NCBI GenBank assembly: GCA_036264295.1
Contig: DATARE010000591.1
Location: 1 to 44,861, forward strand
Direction of reading: 5' to 3'
DNA: 44,861 nucleotides
From: Micropepsaceae bacterium
GTDB lineage: Bacteria > Pseudomonadota > Alphaproteobacteria > Micropepsales > Micropepsaceae
Shown here: positions 25,586 to 35,516 of the stretch, one piece after another
Layout of the letters: each line of letters starts with the position of its first letter
Numbering within the stretch: the stretch's first letter is position 1
The notes under the pieces: generated by a model
What the model saw: the letters and a program-made list of their open reading frames with translations, nothing else
What the model was told of the DNA's origin: nothing
Database searches by the model: none
Position numbers and translations under genes: made by a program

Positions 25586-26570
25586 CGGCCAAATCGCCGC
25601 GCTGCCAATCGAGCACCGCGTAGCCTTTCGGATTGTCGGAATCGAGACGCACCACGGCGTGGCGCACGAATGTCCCACCCGCGGTGCTCACCGCAGTGAT
25701 GTCGATACCAATTATGGACTGCGGTGATTTCATGGCGCCGGGCATGGTGGGGTCGATTGCTTGTGCCGCCCCGGGCGCGGGCTGAGGCGATGGCGGCGGC
25801 GCGTCGGGATTTTGCGATAGATTCGGATTGGCCGGAGCCGCATCGGCGCCGCTCGTCACGGGCTGCGACGGATCGGGCGGGCCCGCCGCATCCTCGGGCG
25901 TCTGCCTGGCCGCGAGCAGCAGCGCCTGTTGGATAACGGGCGGCGCATTCTTGGGATCTGGCGCCTCATCATCGGTATAGATGGTGAGGTAGGGACGCAC
26001 CGCAGCGAAGGTTTCCGGCGTCATGCCCAACACCAAATTCAGCTCGTCGAGCGATTCGATGGGCGCATTGGGCGGGCCATAGCTCAATCCGGCTTGCTGA
26101 TATTGCTCAAGCTTCGCGCCGAACGGTCGTGGCATCATGTCGTCGCTGACCCAATCGGCGACGGCTGCGCCTAGCCTTCTGGCGCGCATGCGCTCGACAC
26201 CCGCGGCCTCGAACAAGGCAGACAACAGCGCGTCGGAAGCGTGGTTGGGGTTGATCTTGGAATTTTCATCGGACAGGCGAATCTCCATCTCGCCCGTCGT
26301 CAGCTGCAAGCGATGCGGCTCACCGTCGAGCCCCCAGCGATTGGACTCGACGGGATCGGTAAGATTGAACACCGCCTGCGCAATGCCGGCATCCGCAAGC
26401 GCTTCGGCGGTCGCGGCAACACGGGTGTTGCGCGCGATGGCCGTCTCGGTGCGGGCATTCACCATCAAATAGGTGCCGATGGCGGCGATCAGCACCAAGA
26501 ACCACAGCACGACAATCAGAGCGAAGCCGCGCGAGCGGGCCTGGCTGGTGCCGCCGCCGCGGACCTTCAC
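25575..26570 (-). CDS. gspK: Type II secretion minor pseudopilin GspK
   Basis: 331 aa. N-terminus SRGFALIVVLWFLVLIAAIGTYLMVNARTETAIARNTRVAATAEALADAGI is typical of GspK (no Phe+1 methylation site, a large globular insert). The GTG start overlaps the gspD TGA (GTGA at 26567..26570). Confidence 0.8.
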   Translation of the reverse strand: MKVRGGGTSQARSRGFALIVVLWFLVLIAAIGTYLMVNARTETAIARNTRVAATAEALADAGIAQAVFNLTDPVESNRWGLDGEPHRLQLTTGEMEIRLSDENSKINPNHASDALLSALFEAAGVERMRARRLGAAVADWVSDDMMPRPFGAKLEQYQQAGLSYGPPNAPIESLDELNLVLGMTPETFAAVRPYLTIYTDDEAPDPKNAPPVIQQALLLAARQTPEDAAGPPDPSQPVTSGADAAPANPNLSQNPDAPPPSPQPAPGAAQAIDPTMPGAMKSPQSIIGIDITAVSTAGGTFVRHAVVRLDSDNPKGYAVLDWQRGDLAATD

Positions 26571-28768
26571 GGCACGAGGCGTGACGGCGAAAGCTTGCGC
26601 CGCAGCTCTTCGGTCAGCGCGCGAGCGTCCTGGAGATTATAGACCACGCGCGGCGTCAACAGGATCAGCAATTCCGTGCGGTCGGAATTCTTTGTGCGGC
26701 TGGAGAAGAGATTGCCGAACAGCGGAATTTCCTGCAGCAAGGGAATGCCGGAATTGCCTCGCGTTTTCTTGTCGCTGATCAAGCCCGCCAGACTGATGGT
26801 TTCTCCGTCTTGGGCGAGCACCCGGGTCTTGATCTTGCGCTGCTGAAAGGTCGGCGAGTTGATGGTTGACGATGTCGTCTGCACCACATCGCTCACTTCC
26901 TGTTCCAGGTCGAGCGTCACCAACCCGCCGGAATTGATGCGCGGTGTGACCGTAAGGATGACGCCGGTCGGCTGATACTGGACGTTGTTGACGACAGGTG
27001 CGCCCGCCGTGATCACCGACTCCGCACTCTGCGTTATCGTCGGGACCAGATCCCCAACCTGGAAACTCGCCTGCTGTTTGTCCAGAACCAGCAGACTCGG
27101 TGCCGAGATAACCTGAACGTCGGTGATGTTCTTCAGCGCCTGTAACGCAAATTGCATGCTGCCCACCGTATGGGCGATGGCGAAACCGGGAAAATTCGGT
27201 GCCAGCGTTCCCGGAAACAGCTGCGAATTCGTGACCGTATTGGTGGTTGGCGTCTGCGAGGCACTGACCGCATTGCTGAGGGTGATCTGGCCCTCATGAT
27301 TGGCAAGATAGAACTGCGTGCCATATTGCAGATCGTTGTTGAGCGTCACTTCGGCGATGGTCGCTTCGATAAGTACCTGCATTGGCAGAATATCGAGCTT
27401 GCGGATCGCCGCTTCGATGGTGGCGTATTCGGATTCCGTCGCGACGATGAGAAGAGCGCTGTTGGTGCGGTCGGCAATGATCTGCGGCCCGCGCGCATTG
27501 GCGCCCGTCGTGTCGGCGCCAGGCGGCATATCCGGCATATTCATGGGTTGCATTTGTCCAGGCCCCATGCCGCCAAGACCGAGGCCTGCCGGTTGCGTCG
27601 GCGCCTGATTGTTGGCGGGCGTGGGCTGCGTCGTGGCCAGGCCTCCCATCACCTGCGCGCCGCGTGAGGTCGGCGGCAAATTGCCCGGCGCAATTTCGGC
27701 TTCCGTTCCGCCGGAGGGCGGATTGACCGCCCGTTGCAGGATGGGTTGGATGTCCGTCGCCTGAACGTTCTTGAGATAATAGACGTGAATGGTGCGGCCG
27801 GCGGTTTCTTTGGCCGAGTCGAGCTGCGCGACGAGTTGGCTGACGCGGTCGAGATAGGCCGATTGCTGTGCAATGACCATGACGGCATTCGCTTGCTCCA
27901 CCGGCACGATCTTGATGGCGCCCGTGAGGGCGCTGTCATTGTCCAGTTGGAGGGCGGCTTGGAGATCTGCGGCAAACTTGGCCGGATCGCCCGATTTCGC
28001 GGGAAACAGGGCGTAGGATTGGGCCGCGAGATAATCGACATCGAAAACCCGGATCAGATCGATGACATTCTGCCGGGCGAGTGCGGTGCCCGTCACCACG
28101 ATGGCGTTGCGGGTCGGATCGGCCAGAACTTTCGCGCCATCGCCGACATAGCTTTCCAACATGGCCGCCAATTGCCGCGCGGAGGCGAACTTCAAAGCGA
28201 TCACCTGGGAACCGGCGCCCGCGCTGACATTTCCGACGACCGGTGCGACGCCAGTGTCGTCGCCTAAAGCGGAAATGCGGAAGATGCCGTTCTGATAACT
28301 CATCTGACCGCCGGCCTGGTTGAGCAGATTCTGCAACGTGGGCAGCAGCGCTTCACGCTTCAGCGGGCGCGGCGTCTGAATGGTCACCATGCCCATGAAC
28401 CCGGGATCGATGGTGTAATTCACCTTCAGAATGTCGCCCAGGATCAGCCGGATGATCTCGCGCACATCGCTGTCGATATAGTTGAGCGAGACGTCGCCGC
28501 TTTCCGCGGGCGGCGGCTGCGGAAGCACCCGTCCGAGAATATTATCGTCTCCCTGTTGACGAACGATGGGACCGCTGGCCGTCGGTGCCGGCGTAACACG
28601 GCCATTGACGCGCGGATCGTTCTGGTCCTGCACCGCGCCGGGGACAAGCTGGATGGTGGGCGCCTGCGCGGCATAAAGCGGCGTGACGCCGGATTCCAGC
28701 ATCATGGCAAGACCAAGCGGCATGCAAACGAGCGTCTGATAAAACCGGCGCGTCGAAAAATTCATCAT
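26567..28768 (-). CDS. gspD: Type II secretion outer-membrane secretin GspD
   Basis: 733 aa with a signal peptide, N0-N3-like repeats, a Gly/Pro/Met-rich linker, and the secretin C-domain with NSGIPLLQEIPLFGNLFSSRTKNSDRTELLILLTPRVV. Confidence 0.95.
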   Translation of the reverse strand: MMNFSTRRFYQTLVCMPLGLAMMLESGVTPLYAAQAPTIQLVPGAVQDQNDPRVNGRVTPAPTASGPIVRQQGDDNILGRVLPQPPPAESGDVSLNYIDSDVREIIRLILGDILKVNYTIDPGFMGMVTIQTPRPLKREALLPTLQNLLNQAGGQMSYQNGIFRISALGDDTGVAPVVGNVSAGAGSQVIALKFASARQLAAMLESYVGDGAKVLADPTRNAIVVTGTALARQNVIDLIRVFDVDYLAAQSYALFPAKSGDPAKFAADLQAALQLDNDSALTGAIKIVPVEQANAVMVIAQQSAYLDRVSQLVAQLDSAKETAGRTIHVYYLKNVQATDIQPILQRAVNPPSGGTEAEIAPGNLPPTSRGAQVMGGLATTQPTPANNQAPTQPAGLGLGGMGPGQMQPMNMPDMPPGADTTGANARGPQIIADRTNSALLIVATESEYATIEAAIRKLDILPMQVLIEATIAEVTLNNDLQYGTQFYLANHEGQITLSNAVSASQTPTTNTVTNSQLFPGTLAPNFPGFAIAHTVGSMQFALQALKNITDVQVISAPSLLVLDKQQASFQVGDLVPTITQSAESVITAGAPVVNNVQYQPTGVILTVTPRINSGGLVTLDLEQEVSDVVQTTSSTINSPTFQQRKIKTRVLAQDGETISLAGLISDKKTRGNSGIPLLQEIPLFGNLFSSRTKNSDRTELLILLTPRVVYNLQDARALTEELRRKLSPSRLVP

Positions 28769-28775
28769 GTATGGC

Positions 28776-29414
28776 CTATCGGCCCGTGCGCGGATTGGGT
28801 TGCACGGGTGGTTTCTGTGTCAATGCGGCGCCCGGCCGTTGCGGCGCGGCGGCAGGATTGCCTGCGCCTGCGCCGGCTGCAGGTTTGGGTTTCTTTTGGC
28901 CCGGCTTCCTGTTCATCGCCTGCACTTGCGGCCTCACGGCAATGCCATTGGCCGGTTTGACGACCTGCTCGCCGCCAAGCTCGCTCTTCAGCAGCACCTG
29001 ATCGGCCCGAATGGATGCCACCGTCCAGCCGCCAATATCCTGCCCCTCTTTCACGGCGATGGGTTTGCCGCCGTCCTGTTCGAACAGCGCTTCGCGCATC
29101 TCGGGCCGGATGCTGACGCCTTCCAGGCGGCCGGGCATTTTGGGCGGCTCTTTCGGCGCTTCGGCGACATCGTCTGTCTTCATGTCGGGGGGCTGGCGCG
29201 ACGGGCTGAACAAAGGATGTGCAAGAATTTCCGAGACCATCGAATCGAAATCCGGCGCGGGCGTTTTCTGCGCCAGCGCCGTGGGCCTGATGCGGACGGG
29301 CTCGTTGGACGCAGCTGCGTCGCCGGGTTCCTGCGCCAGGAAAACGACCAGCATGACCATCGCCACACCGAAAGCCACGCCAATGGCAATCGGACGCAAC
29401 AAGCGGGAGATCAT
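28776..29414 (-). CDS. T2SS inner-membrane component, GspC-like (PilP-fold HR domain; could be annotated GspN)
   Basis: ORF 28776..29561. ATG 29414 is preceded by AGGAGA 7 nt upstream, directly after the gspM TAG. It has one TM (IAIGVAFGVAMVMLVVFLA), HPLFSPSRQP, and a beta-rich segment RLEGVSI...ALFEQDGGKPIAVKEGQDIGGWTVASIRADQVLLKS that resembles the GspC HR / PilP fold. The tail is Pro/Lys/Ala-rich and there is no PDZ. Confidence 0.55.
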   Translation of the reverse strand: MISRLLRPIAIGVAFGVAMVMLVVFLAQEPGDAAASNEPVRIRPTALAQKTPAPDFDSMVSEILAHPLFSPSRQPPDMKTDDVAEAPKEPPKMPGRLEGVSIRPEMREALFEQDGGKPIAVKEGQDIGGWTVASIRADQVLLKSELGGEQVVKPANGIAVRPQVQAMNRKPGQKKPKPAAGAGAGNPAAAPQRPGAALTQKPPVQPNPRTGR

Positions 29415-29427
29415 GAGCGCATCTCCT

Positions 29428-29991
29428 CTATTTCGCGCGATAGCCGAATACATCGAGGGCGACAGCGATGCTGGGATTTTCCTCCCCGCTGTCGGAATCG
29501 CCCGCGACATGCAGATCCAGATTGCCCGCCGAAAGAACCGGGCGCGCCGCTTCGATACCAAGGAGCACTGTCGTCAGCAGTTCAAGATCGCCGGAGAACG
29601 CAATGCGGACCCCGACACGCCGGAAGGCGCCGTCGGGTTCCGGAGGCAGCGTCGTCGCGCTGGTGATTTTGGTGCCGTTCTCCTCGACCATGTCCTTCAA
29701 GCTGGATTGCAGCGCGGCGGCGGCCACGGCATCGCTCGCACCCGCCAACAGCAGGGCCGGCCCCTTCGGCTTGTTGCCGTTCTGCTTTGCCAAGGCACGC
29801 AGCCGCGGCAGATCGTTGACGGCCTTCTGATCGCGCCGGACCAGCTCCCGGCGCTGCTCCAGCCTTTCGGCATTGCTGTCGTAGAGTGCAACGACGGGCG
29901 ACAAAATCGCGAAATAGATCACAGCGATGGCCAGCACGAGGATGGCGAGGGCTGTTGCCTTTCCGGCATTTCCTTCCGGCAATGAGGTCAT
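29428..29991 (-). CDS. gspM: Type II secretion protein GspM
   Basis: 187 aa, single N-terminal TM (ATALAILVLAIAVIYFAILSP), periplasmic ferredoxin-like-sized domain. Assigned by its position after gspL, with an ATGA overlap (29988..29991). Confidence 0.6.
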   Translation of the reverse strand: MTSLPEGNAGKATALAILVLAIAVIYFAILSPVVALYDSNAERLEQRRELVRRDQKAVNDLPRLRALAKQNGNKPKGPALLLAGASDAVAAAALQSSLKDMVEENGTKITSATTLPPEPDGAFRRVGVRIAFSGDLELLTTVLLGIEAARPVLSAGNLDLHVAGDSDSGEENPSIAVALDVFGYRAK

Positions 29992-31031
29992 GGCGCCACC
30001 GCTTGCGTCAGCGACACCGAAATCGTGAAGCGTTCGAGATTGCCGTCGTCGCTTCCGACCACGGGCGAGTCGAAGCTCGGCTCACGAAATACCGGCGAAT
30101 GCGCGAACAGTCCGACGAGCTGCGCCGCGGATGGCGACAATCCGCTGATGGTCAACCGATTGCCCCGCAGCGTAAGCGCAGTCAGATAGCTGTCTTCGGG
30201 AAGCGACCGCGTCACGGCTGCAAGCATCGCCAGACCACCGCCGCGCCGGTCATTCGTCTTGAAGAATTCGGCGGTGCGCACAAGCTGATCGGCGGATTGG
30301 CGCAGCGCCGTCGCTTCGTCGGCTTGCGCCTGAAGCGATGCGATCGTCGCGTCGGCCGAGGCAATCTCCCATTCCTGATAGGCGAATGGTGCAACCGCCG
30401 CGATCAGCGCAAACGCGCCCGCCGCCGCGGCGCGTTGAACAAACGGCCATTCGCGTCTGCCGGAAACGCTCGGCGTTTCGCGGGTGAGGGGGACAAGACC
30501 ATGGCCGTGGGCGCCCGAATCCACTTCGACCGCAGCGGGATCGAAGCCCGCCCGGCGCGCCGCTTCGATCACGGAATCGACGCAACGGCGCGGTACCAGA
30601 AGCAGCTCAACCTCAAGCCGCCCGTGCATCGAATCCTGCCGCCGGATGGCGTAGCTCCAGTAAACCTCATCGCGCGCGAATGGCGTCTCGCGGTCAATCT
30701 CGTAGCCCAGCAGATTTTTGAGATCGCGACGCGCCAGGGCCGGAAAAGACAGGCTCTTTCTCAGAACGGAGTCGGGTGGAAGCCGCAGCACTACCAGGGA
30801 AGGAACCGATTTTTCCTCGCGCAGCGCCTGGGCGAGGTCGCGCATGCCCACTTCATCGGCGCTCCCCTGGCCAATCGAGGTCGTGATTCCGCCCGCACGC
30901 ATCAGCAGCGTTGCAGTATCGGTACCGATATCCAGAATAGCCGCGTCAGGCTGACGGCGAGTGCCACGCGTAACGATGTCCGGAAGAAGTCCGGCAAGCT
31001 GACCAAACCACCAGCTGAGAAAAACCCGCAT
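29988..31031 (-). CDS. gspL: Type II secretion protein GspL (PilM-like cytoplasmic domain + TM + PilN-like periplasmic domain)
   Basis: 347 aa. N-terminus MRVFLSWWFGQLAGLLPD, a central TM (AAAAGAFALIAAVAPFAY), and a periplasmic C-domain. Assigned by architecture and operon position. Confidence 0.65.
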   Translation of the reverse strand: MRVFLSWWFGQLAGLLPDIVTRGTRRQPDAAILDIGTDTATLLMRAGGITTSIGQGSADEVGMRDLAQALREEKSVPSLVVLRLPPDSVLRKSLSFPALARRDLKNLLGYEIDRETPFARDEVYWSYAIRRQDSMHGRLEVELLLVPRRCVDSVIEAARRAGFDPAAVEVDSGAHGHGLVPLTRETPSVSGRREWPFVQRAAAAGAFALIAAVAPFAYQEWEIASADATIASLQAQADEATALRQSADQLVRTAEFFKTNDRRGGGLAMLAAVTRSLPEDSYLTALTLRGNRLTISGLSPSAAQLVGLFAHSPVFREPSFDSPVVGSDDGNLERFTISVSLTQAVAP

Positions 31032-31114
31032 AAGCGCTTGCGATCATTTAGAGACGCATTGTGACAACAATATCATTCGGGCCTCTGTAGCGCCAATATA
31101 TGACAGTTCGGCGA

Positions 31115-31696
31115 TCACTTTGTGACAGCCGGAACAAGCTCGATCATTGGCGCGACGAGCAACGGAACCCAGGTTCGGCCATCGTTGAAAACCACGGCGA
31201 CGCGAATGAGTTCGGGCGTCTTCGATTTGTCGGCTGTCACGGGCTGCCACCCTGCCGTCCCCATATAGTAAGAAAGATTCAAGCCAGCCACATCCTTGGC
31301 GAGCTCCGTTCCGCCGCCCGCCGCATCCTTGCTGGGTCCTTTGAAATGGGGACGCCAGCCAAGCTGCAGCCTGTCTCCCGTCCAATGAAGCTCGACATCG
31401 TAAAGACCACCGCGCGCCAGCGCCTGGGGAAGCGCGCTGACAAACCGTAGGGACGTGCTGTCTCCTTCGAACGCCGTTCCCGCGGCGAGGAGATTGCGCA
31501 ATTGGTTCTGCACCGCATCGAGGTCGCCCTGGCGGCTGCTCTGGCGCTCCTGCACCTGCCAAGCCTGTCCGGCGAAACGCACGCCATTGGTAAGTGCCGC
31601 CAAGATCAGCCCAAGGATGGCGATCACGACAAGCAGCTCCAGCAGCGTGAAGCCGCCAATGCGATTCATCCGGCTCTGCTGCTCAGCCATTGCCAT
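31115..31696 (-). CDS. gspJ: Type II secretion minor pseudopilin GspJ
   Basis: Prepilin motif NRIGGFTLLELLVVIAILGLILAAL and ~190 aa, which is GspJ-sized. The start may be ATG 31696 or 31669. Confidence 0.7.
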   Translation of the reverse strand: MAMAEQQSRMNRIGGFTLLELLVVIAILGLILAALTNGVRFAGQAWQVQERQSSRQGDLDAVQNQLRNLLAAGTAFEGDSTSLRFVSALPQALARGGLYDVELHWTGDRLQLGWRPHFKGPSKDAAGGGTELAKDVAGLNLSYYMGTAGWQPVTADKSKTPELIRVAVVFNDGRTWVPLLVAPMIELVPAVTK

Positions 31697-32099
31697 CGGG
31701 AATCGGGCCGAGCCGCTGGGATTGCAGAGAAACGCTCCGGTTGGAGACGCCGCTGCGCCAGGTCAGGACCACATCGACGGTGTAGAGGCCCAAGGGCTTT
31801 TGCATATCCGGCTGGGCTGTCTGGGCATGCAGCACCGGACTGGAAATCCGCACCTGCCAGGAATATCCCGCCCCATCGTCTCCGGATTGGATGCCGGGCC
31901 GCAACGGCGTCAGCGTGCCGATGGCGGCCAGATGGGATTGGGCACGCCGCGTCGCCTCAATATATTGGTCGGCCAAGGCGGCATTCCTCAGCCCCGTACC
32001 GGTGGCAGCCATCAACGCGCCAAGCCCCAACGCAGCAATGGCAAGCGCTACGATCACCTCGATCAGTGTGAAGCCGCTATCCGCGCGGTTTTTCGACAA
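31683..32099 (-). CDS. gspI: Type II secretion minor pseudopilin GspI
   Basis: 138 aa with MSKNRADSGFTLIEVIVALAIAALGLGAL. Size and order (H-I-J) fit GspI. Confidence 0.75.
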   Translation of the reverse strand: MSKNRADSGFTLIEVIVALAIAALGLGALMAATGTGLRNAALADQYIEATRRAQSHLAAIGTLTPLRPGIQSGDDGAGYSWQVRISSPVLHAQTAQPDMQKPLGLYTVDVVLTWRSGVSNRSVSLQSQRLGPIPDGNG

Positions 32100-32538
32100 T
32101 GGACACCCGCCCTGACAACCAGTCGATTCCCACCCACCAGACGCGATTTCCCCCCGTGACCGTCACGCGGCCGCCGCTGCTGCTGCCATCGGGATTGAAA
32201 CGGATTCGACCGACGGCGCCCGAAACAAGCTCGTCCTCGCTGGTGAGCAGCGCGAGGCTGAGATCGTTCGGAAGAATCTGTGCGGGACCAGCGCCGACGC
32301 GATAGAGGCGGCGGGGAAGATCGACCGTCATTTCGACGCTGCGGTTTCCCACCAGCGCTTGGGATCGCGCCGCGCGCATGGCTCCCGAAATGGCTTCCGC
32401 CGCAGCGCGTGCATGGGTGGCGGGCGAAATCGGCGTGCCATTGACGGTGACGAGAACCATCATCAGGCCCATGATCGCGATGACCACGATCATCTCGATC
32501 AAGGTGAAGCCCGCGGCGGGATCAGAGCGCGAGGTCAT
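32077..32538 (-). CDS. gspH: Type II secretion minor pseudopilin GspH
   Basis: 153 aa with DPAAGFTLIEMIVVIAIMGLMMVLV. First pseudopilin after gspF. Confidence 0.75.
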   Translation of the reverse strand: MTSRSDPAAGFTLIEMIVVIAIMGLMMVLVTVNGTPISPATHARAAAEAISGAMRAARSQALVGNRSVEMTVDLPRRLYRVGAGPAQILPNDLSLALLTSEDELVSGAVGRIRFNPDGSSSGGRVTVTGGNRVWWVGIDWLSGRVSIVEKPRG

Positions 32539-33745
32539 TGAGGCTCAACATCGCCACCAGCAGCGATCCCACGATTCCTGCCACAACGAGCCCCATCACG
32601 ATGGTGATGATGGGCACCAACAGAGCCACGATGCGGTTGATCGTGTGGTGCACCTGTTCATCATGGATATCGGCGGCGCGCAACGCCATGTCCGCGAGCT
32701 TGCCGGTTTCTTCCCCCAGCCGAACGAGATGGATCGTCTGAACCGGAAAAAACTCGCCCACCGCAAGGGCGGTGCCCAGACGCGCGCCGGCCTTGACGTC
32801 GGAGGTGGCGCGCTCAACCAGCTTTGCCGCGGTAAGGTTTCCCAGCACGTCATGCGCGATGGCCAGCGCCGGCACCAATCCGACTCCGTTGCGCAGCAGC
32901 GTCCCAAGCGTGCGGGTGAGCCTTGCCGCCTGCACCCGCCGGATCAGCGGCCCCACGATAGGGATATGCAGAATCGCGCGCTCGGCGGCCATGCGCGCCG
33001 AGGGCTCACGCAACGCGCGAATGGCAACCAAGCCGATACCAAGAAAAGCGATGAGAATCAGCAATCCGTCGTCGCGCACAAAATCGCCGGCGCCGATGAG
33101 CACGCGCGTGGCCGTGGGCAATTGCGCGCCGGCCTGCGCGAAAATGGGCGTGAACTGCGGCAGGACATAGGTGAGGAGCAGCACAATAGTGCCCAACGCC
33201 GCCGTTATCAGAAGCGCAGGGTATACGAGCGCGGATTGCACGGATGCGGCCAGACGGCTCTCGCGCTCCAGAAGGTCGGCAAGATGGGCGAGGCTCTCCG
33301 CCAGCTTGCCGCCCGCCTCACCGGCACGCACCAGACTGACATAGAGACGTGAAAACACCTTTGGATGTTCGGCAAGGCTGACCGCCAAGGATTTTCCACC
33401 GCGCACTGAATCGCGCAGCGCCTGCAAAATGCGCGTGGCGCGTTTGCTGTCGCTGGTTTCTACCAGAAAGCGCAACGCGTGATCGATGTCCTGGCCGGCT
33501 TCCAGCATCACCGACAATTCACGGGTGAAGTGCGCGATCACCGTCTTTGGCAAACCGCGATAGAATTCGAGATCGGCGTTGAGGAATTCGGCGAAGCGGC
33601 CGCCCGTCCCGACTTCATCGGTGCGCAGCAGGAGATAGCTTTGGCGGTGGAGGCGATCTGCCACCGCCGCCGCATTCGCCGCCTCGATGACGCCGTTCAG
33701 GCGCTTGCCCGCCGTATCGACCGCGCTGTAACGAAACTTCGGCAC
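32522..33745 (-). CDS. gspF: Type II secretion inner-membrane platform protein GspF
   Basis: 407 aa with the duplicated T2SSF domain architecture and three TM segments. N-terminus MPKFRYSAVDTAGKRLNGVIEA is typical of GspF/PilC. Confidence 0.95.
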   Translation of the reverse strand: MPKFRYSAVDTAGKRLNGVIEAANAAAVADRLHRQSYLLLRTDEVGTGGRFAEFLNADLEFYRGLPKTVIAHFTRELSVMLEAGQDIDHALRFLVETSDSKRATRILQALRDSVRGGKSLAVSLAEHPKVFSRLYVSLVRAGEAGGKLAESLAHLADLLERESRLAASVQSALVYPALLITAALGTIVLLLTYVLPQFTPIFAQAGAQLPTATRVLIGAGDFVRDDGLLILIAFLGIGLVAIRALREPSARMAAERAILHIPIVGPLIRRVQAARLTRTLGTLLRNGVGLVPALAIAHDVLGNLTAAKLVERATSDVKAGARLGTALAVGEFFPVQTIHLVRLGEETGKLADMALRAADIHDEQVHHTINRIVALLVPIITIVMGLVVAGIVGSLLVAMLSLNDLAL

Positions 33746-33748
33746 GTT

Positions 33749-35485
33749 CTACCCTTCGAGACGGATGCTTCGCAGAATCTCGCTCAGCGAGGTGGTTCCC
33801 GCGATCACCTGACGCAAACCGTTTTCGTACATGCTCCGCATGCCCGACGCGCAGGCGGCATTGTGAATTTCGGCGTGACCGGCGCGGCCAAGAATTAGCC
33901 GATGCGTGGTCTCGTCGGGCGCCAAAAGCTCGGCAATCGCCAAGCGGCCCGTGTAGCCGGTGTTGCGGCAGGACAGACAGCCACCAGGCTCATACAGCAC
34001 AAGCGGTCCAGCCCCGCAAAAGCGTTCGAGATCGAACCGCGCAATCAGTTCCGGGCTTGCCGGCACCGCGCGTTTGCAATCCCGGCAAAGACGGCGCACC
34101 AGCCGCTGCGCCATGATGCCGTTCAGCGTTGCGGTCAGAAGGTAATCTTCCAATCCCATATCGCGCAGCCGCGCAATCGTGGCCGCCGCGCTGTTGGTGT
34201 GCAGCGTCGACAGCACCAAATGGCCGGTGAGCGCGGCTTGCACAGCGATTTGCGCCGTTTCGAGATCGCGGATTTCGCCGATCATAATGATGTCTGGATC
34301 ATGGCGCAGGATCGTGCGCAACAGGCTCGCGAAATTGAGGCCGATTTGCGGTTTCACCTGAATCTGGGTGATGCCCGGAAGCTGATATTCGATGGGGTCT
34401 TCCACCGTGATGATATTGCGGTCGCAGGAATTGAGGTGAAGCAGTCCGGTATAAAGCGTCGTGGTCTTGCCGCTGCCCGTCGGGCCGGTGACCAGGATGA
34501 TGCCATTGGGCAATTCCAGCAGCCGGCAAAAATGCTTGCGCACCTCCTCGTCCATGCCCAATTGCACGAAATCCAGATTGACCGCCGAACGGTCCAGGAT
34601 ACGCAAGACCACGCTTTCGCCATGGAGCGAAGGTATCGTCGAGACGCGCAGATCGATTTCGTGCCCGCGCACCACCAGCTTGATGCGGCCGTCCTGGGGC
34701 AGACGCCGCTCGGCGATATCGAGCATGGCCATGATTTTGATGCGGGACACGACCGCCGCCTGCAGCCGGCGCGGCGGCGATTCCATTTCGTGCAGGACGC
34801 CGTCATAGCGGTAGCGCACGCGCAAGCGATCCTCGAACGGATCGATGTGGATATCTGAGGCGCGGGTTTCGACGGCATGCGAAATCAATTGATTGACGAG
34901 GCGGATCAGCGGCGCGTCGTTCGCCAGGTCCTTTAGACGCTCGGCATCGTCGTCGTTCGCTGCACCTGCCGCGGACACCAATTCATCCATTTCCGCATAG
35001 CCGGGCGATTCTTCCTCGCGGTACAAACGGTCGAGCGCGGCCTCCAGATCGATAGGAAATGCGACACGGATTTCGACATGCCGCGCGGCGGCGATCCCTA
35101 TCGCCGACACCGCGAAACTGTCCAGCGGATCGGCCATCGCCACGGTGATGGTGCGATCATCGACAGCAATCGGAATGGCCCGCGATTTGCGCAGGAATTT
35201 AAGACGCAGACGGTCCGGCAGCAGCGCCGTCTTCGGATAATCGGATGCGGCTGCGATTTTAAGCCCCAGAAGCTTGGCTGTTGCCTCCGCGAGCAACCTT
35301 TCGCTGATCAACCCAAGCTGCGTGAGGACAATATCCAGGCGCGTGCCGCTTTCGTCCGCCAAACGCTGGCCGCGTTCGAGGCTTTTCCCGTCCAACTGGC
35401 CTTCGGCGGTCAGCAGTTGACCGAGCGCCGCGGTGAAGCCGTCCGGCGACCACAAACCCTGCAGGGGACTTACTGTGGCCAGCAT
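33749..35485 (-). CDS. gspE: Type II secretion ATPase GspE
   Basis: 578 aa with Walker A VTGPTGSGKTTTLY, Asp box and Walker B (IIMIGEIRD), His box (GHLVLSTLHTN), the tetracysteine motif (CRDC...CLSC), and an N-terminal T2SSE_N-like domain. Confidence 0.95.
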   Translation of the reverse strand: MLATVSPLQGLWSPDGFTAALGQLLTAEGQLDGKSLERGQRLADESGTRLDIVLTQLGLISERLLAEATAKLLGLKIAAASDYPKTALLPDRLRLKFLRKSRAIPIAVDDRTITVAMADPLDSFAVSAIGIAAARHVEIRVAFPIDLEAALDRLYREEESPGYAEMDELVSAAGAANDDDAERLKDLANDAPLIRLVNQLISHAVETRASDIHIDPFEDRLRVRYRYDGVLHEMESPPRRLQAAVVSRIKIMAMLDIAERRLPQDGRIKLVVRGHEIDLRVSTIPSLHGESVVLRILDRSAVNLDFVQLGMDEEVRKHFCRLLELPNGIILVTGPTGSGKTTTLYTGLLHLNSCDRNIITVEDPIEYQLPGITQIQVKPQIGLNFASLLRTILRHDPDIIMIGEIRDLETAQIAVQAALTGHLVLSTLHTNSAAATIARLRDMGLEDYLLTATLNGIMAQRLVRRLCRDCKRAVPASPELIARFDLERFCGAGPLVLYEPGGCLSCRNTGYTGRLAIAELLAPDETTHRLILGRAGHAEIHNAACASGMRSMYENGLRQVIAGTTSLSEILRSIRLEG

Positions 35486-35516
35486 GGAATTGCCTCGATC
35501 TGTTGCGCGGTATCCG

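Noticed and set aside
28776-29561. The longer 261-aa version of the GspC-like ORF, overlapping gspM by 134 nt.
   Set aside because: The internal ATG 29414 has a strong AGGAGA Shine-Dalgarno right after the gspM stop. The extension (MVSKRRARFFRRAIWICMSRAIPTAGRK...) is not protein-like.
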